Assembly: GCA_950097015.1 (NCBI GenBank)
Contig: CATNEN010000038.1
Coordinates: 2,852,001 to 2,916,000, forward strand
Direction: 5' to 3'
Source: Macrostomum hystrix
Taxonomy: Eukaryota; Animalia; Platyhelminthes
DNA length: 64,000 nucleotides
Shown here: positions 37,769-51,586 of the stretch, piece by piece
Position numbering within the stretch: position 1 is the stretch's first letter
How the letters are laid out: every line of letters begins with the position of its first letter
Program-made: the position numbers and the translations under genes
The notes under the pieces: generated by a model
Databases searched by the model: none
Seen by the model: the letters and a program-made list of their open reading frames with translations, nothing else
Told to the model about the DNA's origin: nothing

Positions 37769-37902
37769 GGGCAGATATTGGTGACAATTCTCAGCCAACC
37801 AGCAAGTTTAGTTATAGTTTTAGAACTTCAGGTTTGTTGCTTCAGGTTTTCTTCAGATGTGCCTCGGTTCGGTTATTAGCTAAGAGTGCGTGATTATGAA
37901 TA

Positions 37903-38254
37903 ATAACAATAATAATAATTGCAGGAGGGCTGCGGGCAACGGCACATCATTTGGTGACACTAGACCCACAGCCAGCGAGGAGGCAATTCTGCCCATTTCG
38001 CTGACACCTGAGCACACACGCACACAGATACCGTACGCAGGCACACGCTCACACAGGTGTGTACATCTGCCCTGACTTTCTCATCGACAGGCAGAGTGTA
38101 CTCTCTCACTGTTGCCTTGGAGGTTGGCCCTTAGGGGCGTAAATTGTCCGATAAGCCACCAAGCCTTCTTAATAAATGTGGCCTCGCCGCGGAATCGAGC
38201 TCAGGGACCTTGGCGCGATAGGCAAACGCGTTAACCGGTCTGCCACCGATCCCC
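37903..38254 (-). mobile_element. tRNA-derived SINE (family A), near full length
   Basis: GGGGATCGGTGGCAGACCGG head, B-box GCTCGATTCC, body shared with the 4492 copy, (ATT)n tail. Confidence 0.8.
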
Positions 38255-38558
38255 AAGTCTTGTCTCAATATAACAGCTCATCTGTAATGTATCTGGGAGC
38301 TAGTATATACAGTTTTTGTTGATCGATATACATGCTAAATTATTTTAGAAATTCAAGTTTTCAATTATATTCTACTATCAGTAGCCAGATTATGAAAACT
38401 GCGACTTTTTAACCACATTTTATTTTAGTCCTTAAATTGCAAATATTGTATCGTAAACTTGTGGTATTTTAATATATTAGTAATTATTTAATCATCTGCC
38501 CTGTACGTATAAATGTACTGTACTGTACTGTACTGTACGTGTGTGTGAGTTAGCAACA

Positions 38559-39232
38559 ATGTCCACCAGCGCAAATCAGCCACCCGAGGTCAGGATAGAC
38601 AATCTATGGTGAGGAGTTAAGCGTACATTTTTCCTAGAGAGATAGTTAGGAAAGTCCAGGGTTCCATAGAAAGTTCCATAGCAACAGAGAGTTATCAGCA
38701 AGAACTGTAATGCATCTGTTCAGTTCAGTGAAAGGGTAGAAAACACAGAAAAAGTTTAAATTATTCTGACATCAAGCAACAAAGCACACGTTGCTGCACA
38801 TTGTCCTCATAAAAATATAATATAATATTCCATATAACTAAATCATCAACAGCAACACAGTACGATTCACTAACTAATTGTGAAACAACAGGTAAATACA
38901 ACAGGTACAATTGGCCTACTCCATAATGGCACTGGTGTCATTTGTTGGAATCATGCTGACCTTTGGATACATCATGGAGTGAATGTTACCAAATGTACTT
39001 TTACTTGTGCCGTTTCGTCTATTGTCTATTTGAATTAAGCCAAAATTCATTACACGGTTCCTCGATCAGCCATGCGGTCGTCAGATTCGATAAGAACAGT
39101 TCAGCTGGCGAGTTCCTATTTGTTGTTTGCGTCGCCTGGCTGGCCCTGCCATTGGTCACCTTCTGCCTGGCCTACTGGAACGACGGACCAATCAGGATGC
39201 TCAGGCATGCCCTGGCCTATGAGAGGCGATGA
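38559..39232 (+). CDS. Candidate 70-aa single-pass membrane microprotein, two exons
   Basis: Exon 38559-38608 (ACAATG...TG|GTGAGG, phase 2) plus exon 39070-39232 (CCTCGATCAG|C) join in frame: MSTSANQPPEVRIDNLCHAVVRFDKNSSAGEFLFVVCVAWLALPLVTFCLAYWNDGPIRMLRHALAYERR*. Both exons are GC-rich islands in AT-rich DNA. Confidence 0.45.
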
Positions 39233-40181
39233 GAGGCGCGGAAGAAGACTGCACTGCAGGAATGACTAAATTTAGCTTATGTCTAGATATGTGAATTAAA
39301 TGTCTTATCTTTATTTTAATAACAATTTTTAATAATGCTCTTTATGCTCTTAATATTCTTACAAAGCCCTATGACTCATGCCCTATGACCCAGTGACCTT
39401 GAGACTTTAATGTTGTTTGATTTTGTTTGAAATTGTAAATGATGTGCTTTTTTCTGGTCTAATTTCATCCACCTCCCTTTTGGTTTATTTGATTTATTAA
39501 GTAATAAATTATAAATTTAGATTAATTAATACGGTAATCAATCGCATTTTTCTCCGTGACGCGCATCCAGAAAAATAAAAAGCAAAAAATCTTACGTTTT
39601 CGAAAAATAACTCACTTTGTGCTGCTATTTCGTTACTTTACATTACAAATTTTTATATAGTCTTATGAAGTAAATGAAACAAATTAATACACAAGCATAT
39701 GTCAAGCCGCAAAAATGTGCCCAAAAGCGAGTAACGAGTTAACTGCATATCAACTCGATATCCATTCACAATTCATATAGCCCGTCTTTTGTGCTATTGT
39801 GTTTTTGAACCATCTATTTAGTTCTCTTGTCAAAACTTCAAAAATAACTAGTCGCTTGATAATACAGCATTGAGACAAATTAATTTTTGTGTCATGAACA
39901 CTTAGTTAACGTAGTTTGTTGTTAATCAACCGATAAAACAAAAGAAATAAAAAATATTTTTGAAAATGTAGCAAACATATCGAAAAATTGCATTATACTG
40001 CAAGTTCTTAGTTTTTTGTTTGTAAATATTTCACAAAATCTGTTTATTATGCCATACTATCATAGTAACAATATTTATACGATGTTTCGAGAATTCAGTT
40101 TGAGAACTGCATTGTATTTTGCGTCGTTCGCTGTCACCTGCAATATTTACACTGGTCTAAGCACTGGTGTTGCTGTTGTTC

Positions 40182-43100
40182 ATGGCTACTTATGGGGACA
40201 ATCACTTTGATGGCTTCCCGAGTATACACGGACATCGTGTTAGAGAGGGTTGGAGAAATGACGACCTGACTAGAGACTCACTGAGTTTTCAGAATCGAAG
40301 CTTGACCGATGTAAGTATGTGTATGACTTCATTTTGTGAATTGTTATTACATATTTATACTCACACCAGGCTTCTATTAATATTAGTGTTGTAATATTTG
40401 TGTGAAAATTTTCAGGCGAAAAGGGGCAGATTTTGTCGAATGTATAATTTGTTTCTGAAGTTTCGCACTAATATATTGCACCCAAAAATAAAAACTCCCA
40501 AAAATATCTCAATTCCTTTCTTAATAACTAGGGATGTAGGTAATTATAATTTTAACATAGGTTCTTCAGACATGCGTTTTTGTATTGTGTTTTGTGTATG
40601 TACATGTATTAGGATATTTTTTTATTTAACAAAAAACCGTTGATGAACTTTTTAAGTTAAATGATAAAAATTGTCATCAGGTTAGTTGAAAAAACTCAAA
40701 AAAAATTATAGTATTTTTTATTCTTAAAATTCTAGAACTTAAGGGTTTTCTGCTTTCCAAAATGTGTCACTTCTAAATTAGACAAAGTATAGACGTTTAA
40801 TTCTTGCTGCTAAAGTGATGTTCTGATTTCATTTGAATTAGGTATAAGAAGTAGCATCTAAAAATGTTATGAGTATAAAATAGAAAATTTCTCAACAGAC
40901 ATACATTTAATTAGCTAGTGGGCCTATTCAGCAATTTAATTGAACAATTTTTAAAGGGAACGACTATTTCGAGTATTTTAGTGCGTATTATGAAATCGCC
41001 AGTAAAATTGAAAAAGCTAAATCACTGTAAAATGCATTTCAGTTGCAAGAACAAGTGAGGTATCAGAAGGAGATGCTGAAACGGCAGGACGATGTCATTC
41101 GAGAACTGCAATGGTGAGCATTTTTTTGTTTTAAATAGCCCCACTAAAGAAATTTAAATCTCAGAACTGACATGCGAAACACGAAATAAAAATTGTGCTT
41201 TTGATCGATGTACGAGCGTCTATGAATATAAAAAAGCTAGATTGTATATTGTTCAATAAAATTAGGTCTGCCACGAAAAAAAATTATAAACAGTCCGACA
41301 AATAGACAGTGACAGGCAGATGGACAGACAGGCAGATGGACAGACAGACAGACAGACAGGCTGGCAGATGGACAGACAGACAGGCAGGCAGATGGACAGA
41401 CAGGCAGACAGACAGACAGGCAGGCAGGCAGGCAGATGGACAGACAGACAGACAGGAACCCCGCTGCTTCGTCCCTCAGCATGGACGCCCTATGCCTAGA
41501 CCAGCAGCGTCCTTATTCATCGGCTGCCGCGGCCGCAGCTCCAGTCGCGGCGAATGCCTGCCCGACGGCTCGTTCGGACCTGGCGGCGATGCAGGCTCGG
41601 CTGGACAGCTTGAACAGCCGGCTGCGGGATCGTGACTTTCAGCTGGACGCCGCCAGCGAGACGATTCGAGACCTGCGCGCGCAGCTGGCGCAGCTGCAGG
41701 GCGCCCAGGAGGCGCAGTCCGAGGAGGCCCGCAAGCGGGCGGACTTCCCGCTGCGAGTCCGCCGAGCCCTGGCCACCACGGCCTGCCCGGCCGAAGATCT
41801 GGACGGCCTGGTGAACAAAGTGTCGGAGCTCGTCAAGGAGAATGTTGACATGAAGGCCAAGATTCACACACTGACTGACCAGCAGGTGAGCCATACACAC
41901 GCATGCCATCATTATCCTGAGAGTTTGTTAGTTAGCATTTGTTAGTTAGTCTCTAACTAACAAAGACTGACTGCGTCAATCCCGACGATTCTCGCAGGCC
42001 TCCATGGAGCTGGCGGCCGCGGCAAACAAGCAGACAATCGAGCGACTGCTGGCCGAGGTCAACCGCGAATACAGGGCCGCGTTTCAACTGGGCTTCGCCG
42101 AGACCGACTTCAAGACCGAGACCGACAAGCTCAAGGAGGAGAACGAGAAGCTGACGAAGAAGGCCGAGCTGCTGGAGATTCAGCTGAATGCTGAGAAGGG
42201 ACAGGTAAGGTCATCTCAGGGGTTGTCAGGGACTTTGTCATCTTCAGTGTACAATTTCACTGGAGGTTGCCCCTCAAAGACATAAATTAAACGACAAGCC
42301 CCCAAGCCTTCTCACGGCGGCTGCGCCCCAAGTAAATGTGGCGCGGAATCGAGCTCAGGGACCTTGGTGCTAAAGGCAAACGCCACTCACCGCCCGTTGA
42401 ATGAGTTCCGCAGAAACTGTTTCTAAAAAAGCAACAAGCCATCCTCTTTGGTTAATCAAGTTTAAAAAGGCCGAGAAAACAAATATTAAGACTTGCGTAA
42501 CCTATCCATGGACTCAAGAGTTCAAATCCCTGCTCAACCCCTCTGCCCGCCCAGGTGGCAACGGTGAAGGCCGATCTGCAGGAGAAGGAGGCCCAGCTGT
42601 CCAAGCTGGACTGCGAGAAGCGCGAAGCGGCCCACAGCTCCGAGACGCTCGGCAAGCAGCTGGCCGCCTTCGTAGACTCGCTGGCCACTATGCTGGGCAC
42701 CGCGTACAACCGGGTGCCGGCCACCGAGGAGGCGGTCCGCGAGAAGGTTCGTCAACTGTTGGCCGACGTTCGCACCCACTCGGCGGCGATGGCGGGCCTG
42801 GAGGAGCGGGTCAAGGCCGTAACCGGCCAGCTCGAGCAGCAGCTGGATGCCAACAGGCAGCGGGAGCAGCGCAATGCGGCTGCTGAAGGCGAGGCCAAGG
42901 AGCTGCGGGACAAACTGAGGGCGGTCGAGGCTCAGCTGGCCGCTGGTGACGTCATCAGGGAGAGCCTGCGGGGAGACAAGGTGAGCTGGCTGACAGACAG
43001 ATGACAGACAGGCTGATAGACAGGCTGATAGACAGACAGGATGACAGACAGGCTGACAGACACACTATGTTTGCCTTCCCCCAGGACCGGCTCTATCAGT

Positions 43101-44424
43101 ACCTGAAGCGACTGGGCCAGGCACTCAGTATGGAGGCCTCGGCCATCGATGTCGCCTACGACGTCCTTGGCGAAGGTCTGGTGGAGCGCGCCGAGCAGCT
43201 GGTCCGGCAGGGTGGCGGCTGCTGCGGCTGCGACAACGGCGGCGGCCTTCGTCGCCGAGTGGAATCGCTGAAGGAGCAGCTGGAGTCCAAGGACCTTCAC
43301 CTCGAACTGATGCGGCGACGACTGGCGCAGCTGGACGGTGGCGCGGCCGCAGCCGGCGGCGCCGCCGGTGGCATCGGCGACCTGGAGCGCGAGAGGGCGC
43401 GACTAGCCGAGAGGCGCCTGGAGAAGGCTCACCGCATGCTGGAGGAGGCCAGGTGAGCGATGCGTTTACCTGACAGCTTCATCTCAGTTTTATAACATTT
43501 TCCATGATTTTTGGGCCAGTTCCCTATCTAACAGGTCAGTTCCCTATCTAACAGGTCAGTTCCCTATCTAACAGGTCAGTTCCCTATCTAACAGGTCAGT
43601 TCCCTATCTAACAGGTCAGTTCCCTATCTAACAGGTCAGTTCCCTATCTAACAGGTCAGTTCCCTATCTAACAGGTCAGTTCCCTATCTAACAGGTCAGT
43701 TCCCTATCTAACAGGTCAGTTCCAAAATCTAACAGGCCAGTCTAACAGATTACTAACTTGTCTAACAGCCAGTTCTGTTGTCCCTCTGGCCTTTTAATCC
43801 AGACGTGAAAATGATGACTTGCGCGCTCAACTCGGCGGCTTCGGCGAGCTGAAGGCGGCGGCGAGCAGGCAGGACCGGGACCTCGAGCAGCTGGAGGCGG
43901 CCCTGGACAAGCTAGAGCGGGTCCGGCAGAAGCAGGCCCAGCGCATCGCGGCGCTCAAATCGCAGCTTGCCGAGAATCGCCGAGAGGCCGACAGCAGCCT
44001 GCGCTGCCTGTCCGAGGAGCTCCGGGCTGCCCGGCTGGAGCTGGACGAAGCCGTGGCCAGAGAGCGCCGGCTGGCGGAGCTGCGGACGGCCGTGTCCAGG
44101 CTAGTCCTTGCAGCTGGTGACACTGGCGACGATGCCAGCATTCTGGCCAGGCTGCAGCAGCTGTTGTGGCACCGTCAGCAGCAGCAGCAACAGCAGCCAC
44201 CAATGCAGCCTCACCAGCAGCAGCAACCGTTTCAGCATCACTATGGCAGTCAGCAGCTGTACAGCAGCGGTGGCGCATGTGGAGGCGGCTGGGGAGGTTG
44301 CGGGGGCGGCGGGGGCAGCTGCGATTGCGACTGCGCGGAGCGTCGAGGCCGAGGAGGTCGCAGACGGCACGGAGGCGGCGGCGTTCGCAGCGCCTCCTGT
44401 GGCGCCGAATATCGCCGATATTAA
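40182..44424 (+). CDS. CCDC170: Coiled-coil domain-containing protein 170
   Basis: Phase-consistent exons 40182-40310, 41043-41113, 41480-41885, 41998-42204, 42555-42980, 43085-43452, 43803-44424. Motifs AGDVIRESLRGDK, ERAEQLVR, LKEQLESKDLHLELMRRRLAQL, LDKLERVRQKQAQRIAALKSQL resemble the CCDC170 C-terminal half. Confidence 0.8.
41311..41455. repeat. (GACA/GGCA)n microsatellite
   Basis: Direct inspection; a similar tract at 42990-43062. Confidence 0.9.
42210..42395 (-). mobile_element. SINE family A, 5' fragment
   Basis: Shares GGAATCGAGCTCAGGGACCTTGG, AAGCCTTCT and TGGAGGTTG with other copies. Confidence 0.7.
43517..43745. repeat. 20-bp minisatellite
   Basis: Unit CAGTTCCCTATCTAACAGGT. Confidence 0.95.
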
Positions 44425-44584
44425 CTGATCGCCGAAACTCTATTTTAGTGCCGTTGATTAACGGATCGGAATCGATTGAAGTACGTCATCAAAGGTAGTT
44501 GAATTATCGAAGCAGATGGACTTATCGGTCGAAATCGATTGTAATATCGGTCGCAATCGATAGGAATATTGATCTCCTTTGATA

Positions 44585-44818
44585 AGAATATTGATCGGAA
44601 TCGATTAGAATATCGATTGGAATCGATTAGAATATTGATCGGAATCGATTAGAATATCGATTGGAATCGATTAGAATATTGATCGGAATCGATTAGTATA
44701 TTGATTGGAATCGATTAGAATATCGATTGGAATCGATTAGAATATCGATCCGGAATCGATTAGAATATCGATCCGGAATCGATTTGAATATCGATCGGAA
44801 TCCGTTAGAATATCGATC
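44585..44818. repeat. 22-bp minisatellite in the probable CCDC170 3' UTR
   Basis: Unit GATYGGAATCGATTAGAATATY. Confidence 0.9.
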
Positions 44819-45524
44819 ATAATTGATTGAAAAAACAGAATATGATAAAACAGTTAGATATAAGAATTGCAGTTGTATTTTCGATGTAAATCTGTTATTA
44901 TGAGCATTAAAATCGTACAACATATCGAGGAGTCAATATTTTCTTTTATGCAGGGAAATATGCACATTAAATCAATATGAATCTTCTGATGTATGAATTA
45001 TGAAGTTTTATGAATTCGATAAATGAAGAAGTCGAATTTATACATACGAATATTTTCTCTACAGACTGTATTTGACCGCCCATTTTAGCTTGTTTATCCC
45101 AGTACACCTAGCCTAATTTGAGGCCCACTGGAAATAACAATATATACAATGCTTTCTGTCTCGCATGCATACTGTCAAAGGCTGTATTTAGATGCTTCTA
45201 AGGCACAGGCACTAGGCGGACAAATTTCTTACAAATGTCTATCTCTATTATCTTGCTAAACATGCGCACCCGCTTGGAGCTCTACCTGAAACCAATCATT
45301 TTTATTTCCACTTTGCTTCTATATATTTAGCTGCTACCATAGACTATTTTATATTGATGAGACACCCGATAAACTATTCCATGTCAAATCTATACTCTAC
45401 TTATTTATGCATATAAACTATATGCGTCAGGCCTGTTTTCGTCAAGCCTGACGAACTTTGAAAATTGAATAATTTTTTTCTAACTTTTTCGAATCAGAAG
45501 TTAATTTCTTGCCGACCGTTCTGC

Positions 45525-45685
45525 TGTTCACAGCTGATGCTGGTACACATTGAACAGCTGGGTGAACTGAAACTATGCAGAATAAAATGTCTTGCTAAGG
45601 GACACAATTTGTTCCAGTGGAGACGGGAATCGAATCCCCGACCTTCAAGACAAGAGTCGGATTGCTCTACAACATATAGGACAAG
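45525..45685 (+). mobile_element. Fragment of a second SINE-like element
   Basis: CAGCTGGGTGAACTG...GTCTTGCTAAGGGACACAA...GGGAATCGAATCCCCGACC resembles core/3' segments common in metazoan SINEs; single copy in this window. Confidence 0.45.
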
Positions 45686-45955
45686 AATAACAATTTTTTA
45701 CTAAGATATTCAAATAGACGAACCAAAGAAAAAAATGCGAGCTGAAATACACTCTCTGCTCTGATAAACTTGTCTTTGTCAGAAGCCCTGCTGGCAACTT
45801 GGCAGTGTTCTCAAACGCTTCGGACGGTCCTCATCTCTCTTACCAACGAATCTTGAGCCATTGCAATTTGATTGGCTAGTATATTTTTAGCTAAATCGAT
45901 AATAGGAGCATCGACCACAGTCCATATTTCCCCGCACGGAGTAGGTTCAGCAAAG

Positions 45956-48900
45956 TTAGATCTTCTGGAAGGCAGCCACATCAACGGACTGCACCAGATC
46001 CTCGAATTTGGTGATCTCCTCCTCCAGGAAGTCGGTGCCAATCTTGTCGTCTTCGACAACACAGTTGATTTGCAGCTTCTTGATGCCGTAGCCGACTGGG
46101 ACGAGTTTGCTGGCGCCCCACAGCAGGCCGTCAGCAACAATGCTGCGAACCTTGCGCTCCATCTCGGCCATGTCCGTCTCATCGTCCCACGGCTTCACGT
46201 CGAGGAGGATGCTGCTCTTGGCGATCAGAGCTGGCTTCTTGGACTGCCGAGTGGATAGGTGGAATGGTATGAGCTAACATCAGCTGTGAGCATACCCCAG
46301 CTGCACTGTGAGCATACCCCAGCTGCACTGTGAGCATACCCCAGCTGCACTGTGAGCATACCCTATCTGAACTGTGAGCATACCCCAGCTGAACTGTGAG
46401 CATACCCTATCTGAACTGTGAGCATACCCTATCTGAACTGTGAGCATACCCCAGCTGAACTGTGAGCATACCCTATCTGAACTGTGAGCATACCCTATCT
46501 GAACTGTGAGCATACCCCAGCTGCACTGTGAGCATACCCCAGCTGCACTGTGAGCATACCCCAGCTGCACTGTGAGCATACCCTATCTGAACTGTGAGCA
46601 TACCCCAGCTGCACTGTGAGCATACCCCAGCTGCACTGTGAGCATACCCTATCTGAACTGTGAGCATACCCCAGCTGCACTGTGAGCATACCCCAGCTGC
46701 ATTGTGAGCATACCCCAGCTGCACTGTGAGCATACCCCAGCTGCATTGTGAGCATACCCCAGCTGCACTGTGAGCATACCCCAGCTGCACTGTGAGCATA
46801 CCCCAGCTGCACTGTGAGCATACCCCAGCTGCACTGTGAGCATACCCCAGCTGCATTGTGAGCATACCCCAGCTGCACTGTGAGCATACCCCAGCTGCAC
46901 TGTGAGCATACCCCAGCTGCACTGTGAGCATACCCCAGCTGCACTGTGAGCATACCCTATCTGAACTGTGAGCATACCCCAGCTGCATTGTGAGCATACC
47001 CCAGCTGCACTGTGAGCATACCCCCAGCTGCACTGTGAGCATACCCCAGCTGAACTGTGAGCATACCCCAGCTGAACTGTGAGCATACCCCAGCTGCACT
47101 GTGAGCATACCCCAGCTGCACTGTGAGCATACCCCAGCTGAACTGTGAGCATACCCCAGCTGAACTGTGAGCATACCCCAGCTGAACTGTGAGCATACCC
47201 CGGCTATCTAAACCCAGTTCAGCTTCAATCAAAATTCTCACTACTGACCTTCTTCTCCTGGTAGGCCTTCAGCCGCTCCTGTTTGACTCGCTCCGCCTCT
47301 TCGTCCTCGTCGTCGGAGCCGAACAGGTCGATATCCTCGTCATCTTCGTTGGCCTTGGCGTTAGCGGGCGCGGCTGGGGCGGCTGCGGGTTTCCCCTGAG
47401 CCGGCGCGCCGCCCGCGGACAGAGAGGCGAACTTCTTCTCCAGCTCAGCGATGCGGCTGGTCAGACAGTCCACGGCTGTTGGGGACAGCGGGGTGAACTA
47501 GTCATTGCACTGGCTCATAGCAGTAGGTCATTGCTCTGGCTCATAGCAGTAGGTCATTGCTCTGGCTCATAGCAGTAGGTCATTGCACTGGCTCATAGCA
47601 GTAGGTCATTGCTCTGGCTCATAGCAGAAGCTCATTGCACTGGCTCATAGCAGTAGCTCATTGCACTGGCTCATAGCAGTAGATCATTGCACTGGCTCAT
47701 AGCAGTAGGTCATTGCTCTGGCTCATAGCAGTAGGTCATTCCACTGGCTCATAGCAGTAGGTCATTCCACTGGCTTATAGCAGTAGCTCATTGCACTGGC
47801 TCATAGCAGTAGGTCATTCCACTGACTTATAGCAGTAACTGCCTACTAGCTCATTGCTGTCAGTACCATCTCCAAAAGTCAATAAGACATTAACGTATGG
47901 TTATCATTCTCTAATCAATATTTTGTGAGCTGCACAATGGCCCATAATTTGCAGTATTTTGCCCTTGTCCCATCCTATCTAAAGTGCACTGTGACCAACG
48001 GACCGTTGACCCTTCAAATCTCATGAGGCCAATAATGAAGGGAGCAGGACTCACTCTTCTGCAGGTTCTTGTTGTCAGCTTCCAGTTTAGCGATGCGGGC
48101 ATCATCACCAGAAGCGCTCTGAATGTGAATGACCGAAGGAATATTTACCATAAGGACTTTTGCTTGACAAAAACTGATTATTTTACGAAGTATCTGCAAT
48201 CGTTTCATTAGTGCATCACAAAACACAAAAACCTGATTAGAATGACAGAAAACCATTGAAAACAAGGTATGCAAAAAACTATAAAAGCGCAACACTATTA
48301 GGCAAGTAATTAAAAATCCTTAGACACAACACACCCAGATAGCTAGTGGTGATCTTATTGAATTCTAAATGGCCACAAGTAACCCCATTGATATGAGCTA
48401 GAGAGCTTAGACTGACCAGAGACAGCTTAGACTGACCAGAGACAGCTTAGACTGACCAGAGACAGCTTAGACTGACCAGAGACAGCTTAGACTGACCAGA
48501 GACAGCTTAGACTAACCAGAGACAGCTTAACTTGACCTGAGACTGCTCAGACTGACCCGAGACTTCTCAATTCTCATACTGACCTGAGACAGCTCAACCT
48601 GACCTGGGACAGCTCATACTGACCTGAGACAGCTCAACCTGACCTGGGACAGCTCATACTGACCTGAGACTGCTCAGACTGACATTGAGACTGCTCAGAC
48701 TGACCTGAGACTGCTTAGACTGACCTGAGACTGCTCAGACTGACCTGCGACTGCTCAGACTGACATTGAGACTGCTTAGACTGACCTGAGACTGCTCAAC
48801 CTGACCTGAGACTGCTCAGACTGACCTGCGACTGCTTAGACTGACCTGAGACTGCTTAGACTGACCTGCGACTGCTCAGACTGACCTGAGACTGCTTAGA

Positions 48901-50396
48901 CTGACCTGAGACTGCTTAGACTGACCTGAGACTGCTCAAACTGACCTGAGACTGCTTAGACTGACCTGAGACTGCTCAACCTGACCTGAGACTGCTCAGA
49001 CTGACCTGAGACTGATCAACCTGACCTGAGACTGCTCAGACTGACCTGAGACTGCTCAGACTGACCCGAGACTGCTCAGACTGATCTGAGACAGCTCAAC
49101 CTGACCTGAAACTGCTCAGACTGACCTTGAGACTGCTCAGACTGACCTGAGACTGCTCAACCTGACCTGAGACAGCTTAACCTGACCTGAGACTGCTCAA
49201 CCTGACCTGAGACAGCTTAACCTGATCTGAGACTGCTCAGACTGACCTTAAGACAGCTAAAAACATGCTAAGACAGTTTTAAAACCTATAACTTACTACA
49301 AGCCTACAACATAAATGAATAGCATCCAGTATCTAATGAGATATTAACAGATTACTACACCAAGGAAAATATAGTAAATAGATAAAATATTTAAGGTGCA
49401 AAGTGCATGCGAGTCATTAGTAATTATTTATCAAAGAGCAAGTTTTTGTTCCATTCTAGAAACCCGAAGCTAAAGAAAATTAAGAAAGGAAATGATCGAG
49501 CATTTTTAATAGAATATAAAAGAAAACACAGTTTTGTTATCAAAGCATCCCTTGGCCGTACTCGACAACAGCTATGCATAAAAACTGCTTATTTATTTCT
49601 AACGGCTTCAAGTCGGCGGACTTACAGCGTTGGCCAGGCTTTCGTTAATTTTTTGTCTGGCTTTGGCAACCTCCGCACTAAGGGCGGACTTTGGCCTATC
49701 AGCCTAGGTATTGATTGCAGTGAGGAAGCAGTTAGAGCACTATTCCTGAGTGATTTAGACATTTCAGCTCACTCAATGTAGAGTAAATAGTAATTAGTAG
49801 GTCTTGAAAAGACTAAACTGCATGTGAAATCAGGCGAAATCATAATTAATATCTACGTAGGCTTCAAGGAGGGGCTGAATGTGGCCTGAGGGTGGGGGTG
49901 AATGTGGCCTGAAGGAGGGGCTGAATGTGGCCTGAGGGAGGGGCTGAATGTGATCTTAGGGTGGCGCTGAATGTGGCCTGAGGGAGGGGATGAATGTGGC
50001 CTGAGGGAGGGGCTGAATTTGGCCTGAAGGAGGGGCTGAATGTGGCCTGAGGGAGGGGATGAATTTGGCCTGAGGGAGGGGGTGAATGTGGCCTGAGGGA
50101 GGGGCTGAATGTGGCCTGAGGGAGGGGCTGAATGTGGCCTGAGGGAGGGGCTGAATGTGGCCTGAGGGAGGGGCTGAATGTGGCCTGAGGGAGCCTTGGC
50201 TGAAGAGGAAAAACTGCAAGATCTTTTGAGACTTTGATATTTACAGCTAGACTGCTCCCAAGAAATTGCAAAATGCAACTCAACTCACTGATTCAGAGAG
50301 TGGAACACCACACAGAAATTTTATGTACTCCTGTTCATCGCGACTGGCGTTGGGGAACTGGCCACGCGCCTCAGTGGGAAATGAAATAGCCGACAT
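45956..50396 (-). CDS. EEF1D: Elongation factor 1-delta (eEF1B GEF with N-terminal leucine zipper)
   Basis: Exons 50396-50289, 49703-49626, 48118-48055, 47475-47249, 46243-45956. GEF domain [18 protein letters not shown]...[21 protein letters not shown]...[12 protein letters not shown], acidic [10 protein letters not shown], and delta-type N-terminus [13 protein letters not shown] / [12 protein letters not shown]. Confidence 0.92.
46284..47200. repeat. 22-bp minisatellite
   Basis: Unit TGTGAGCATACCCCAGCTGCAC. Confidence 0.95.
47500..47836. repeat. 26-bp minisatellite
   Basis: Unit GTCATTGCWCTGGCTCATAGCAGTAG. Confidence 0.93.
48405..49258. repeat. 20-bp minisatellite
   Basis: Unit GACTGACCTGAGACTGCTYA. 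Confidence 0.93.
49866..50192. repeat. 23-bp G-rich minisatellite
   Basis: Unit GAGGGAGGGGCTGAATGTGGCCT. Confidence 0.93.
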
Positions 50397-50753
50397 GATG
50401 CTCCTTGATTTGTTGATTCGATGTAACTTTTACTTAATTGCACTAACTGACTGGCAAGCTGCCTAGCTGAAAAAGTATGTTTTAGTTATATATTTAAACA
50501 TAATCAAACATTTACTTATTTATTTAGTCATAAAATTTAAAATTGTTTATAGTTTGTAGTTGAATTATTTTTTATATAATTGATATTAATAATAATAATT
50601 GATTTCACCTGCCCCAATTGGGACAGAAGTGCAGACAACAGCAGTCTCAGAGCACAGTGCATCTGAAGGCTGCATACAGCTGTTTAGTCCATGTACTGGG
50701 GTGTCACCAAACCACCCTCAATTACCCCAGCTAATGCTAGTATCCATTTAACT

Positions 50754-51047
50754 CATACATGCGCAACACCCGGCTGACCCATCCGGGTGAAACGAGGGCC
50801 AAGCAAGGTAAGTCGCAAAAACCAATCAACCAAGTGCAAAAAAATCAAACGGGGGACCAAGGGACAAAAAAATAAGGCGGTGAAGAAGAGGAATAAGGGG
50901 AGAGAAAAAGAGAGCAAATGAGAGCAAACTAAGTTGTAAATAGAGCAATCAAACGAACTAAGTCGCAAATGAGAGCAAACTAAGTTGTAAATAGAGCAAA
51001 AACTAAGTTGCATGGCCGGCTAAGATTTGGGAGGTTGCACATGTATG
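50754..51047. mobile_element. MITE-like element with 14-bp terminal inverted repeats
   Basis: CATACATGCGCAAC ... GTTGCACATGTATG (1 mismatch); internal direct repeats; no TSD found. Confidence 0.45.
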
Positions 51048-51586
51048 GCCCAACAGAAACATATGAGTAAGAAACTTTTCCATAATGGTATGAAATTCAG
51101 TGATTAACCCAACAATAAAATGGATACTTTGCATAGCAGCCCTCTAAGTCCATGGACTGAATAGATGTACACAGCCTTATAAGTGCCACACAACAGATGC
51201 AACTATGCCACTACATGTAGCTACATTTGGTCTTATTAGGTTGTGTAGCAATTTTTCTTTGAATTCTCTTTTAACATTAAAACTCTAATTTTTTTCTACT
51301 CAAAAATACTATTTTAGAAACTTTAGAATTTTAAAATAAACAGACTGCGGTATTGACAATTTTTTGGAAGTAGCAGAAATTCAGAATATTCTTTGCATTT
51401 AGCCTATAATATTTTACCATTATATGATATTATACAAAGTGAATTTTATATATAAGCCCATGCTATTAATTTATGCACATATTGAACAATATTTATGTAT
51501 TTATTTAATTTTAAAAGTTTATTTATACTGATAAACCAAACGCTAATAGCTTGCTAAATTAGTTAATTTAGTTATTATAATTATTA

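Noticed and set aside
41450-41456. CCDC170 acceptor embedded in the purine-rich GACA repeat
   Set aside because: A same-phase acceptor with a proper pyrimidine tract exists at 41478-41479.
9283-50396. Functional cluster of elongation genes (HGH1 and EEF1D)
   Set aside because: They are 35 kb apart with unrelated genes between; no evidence of co-regulation.
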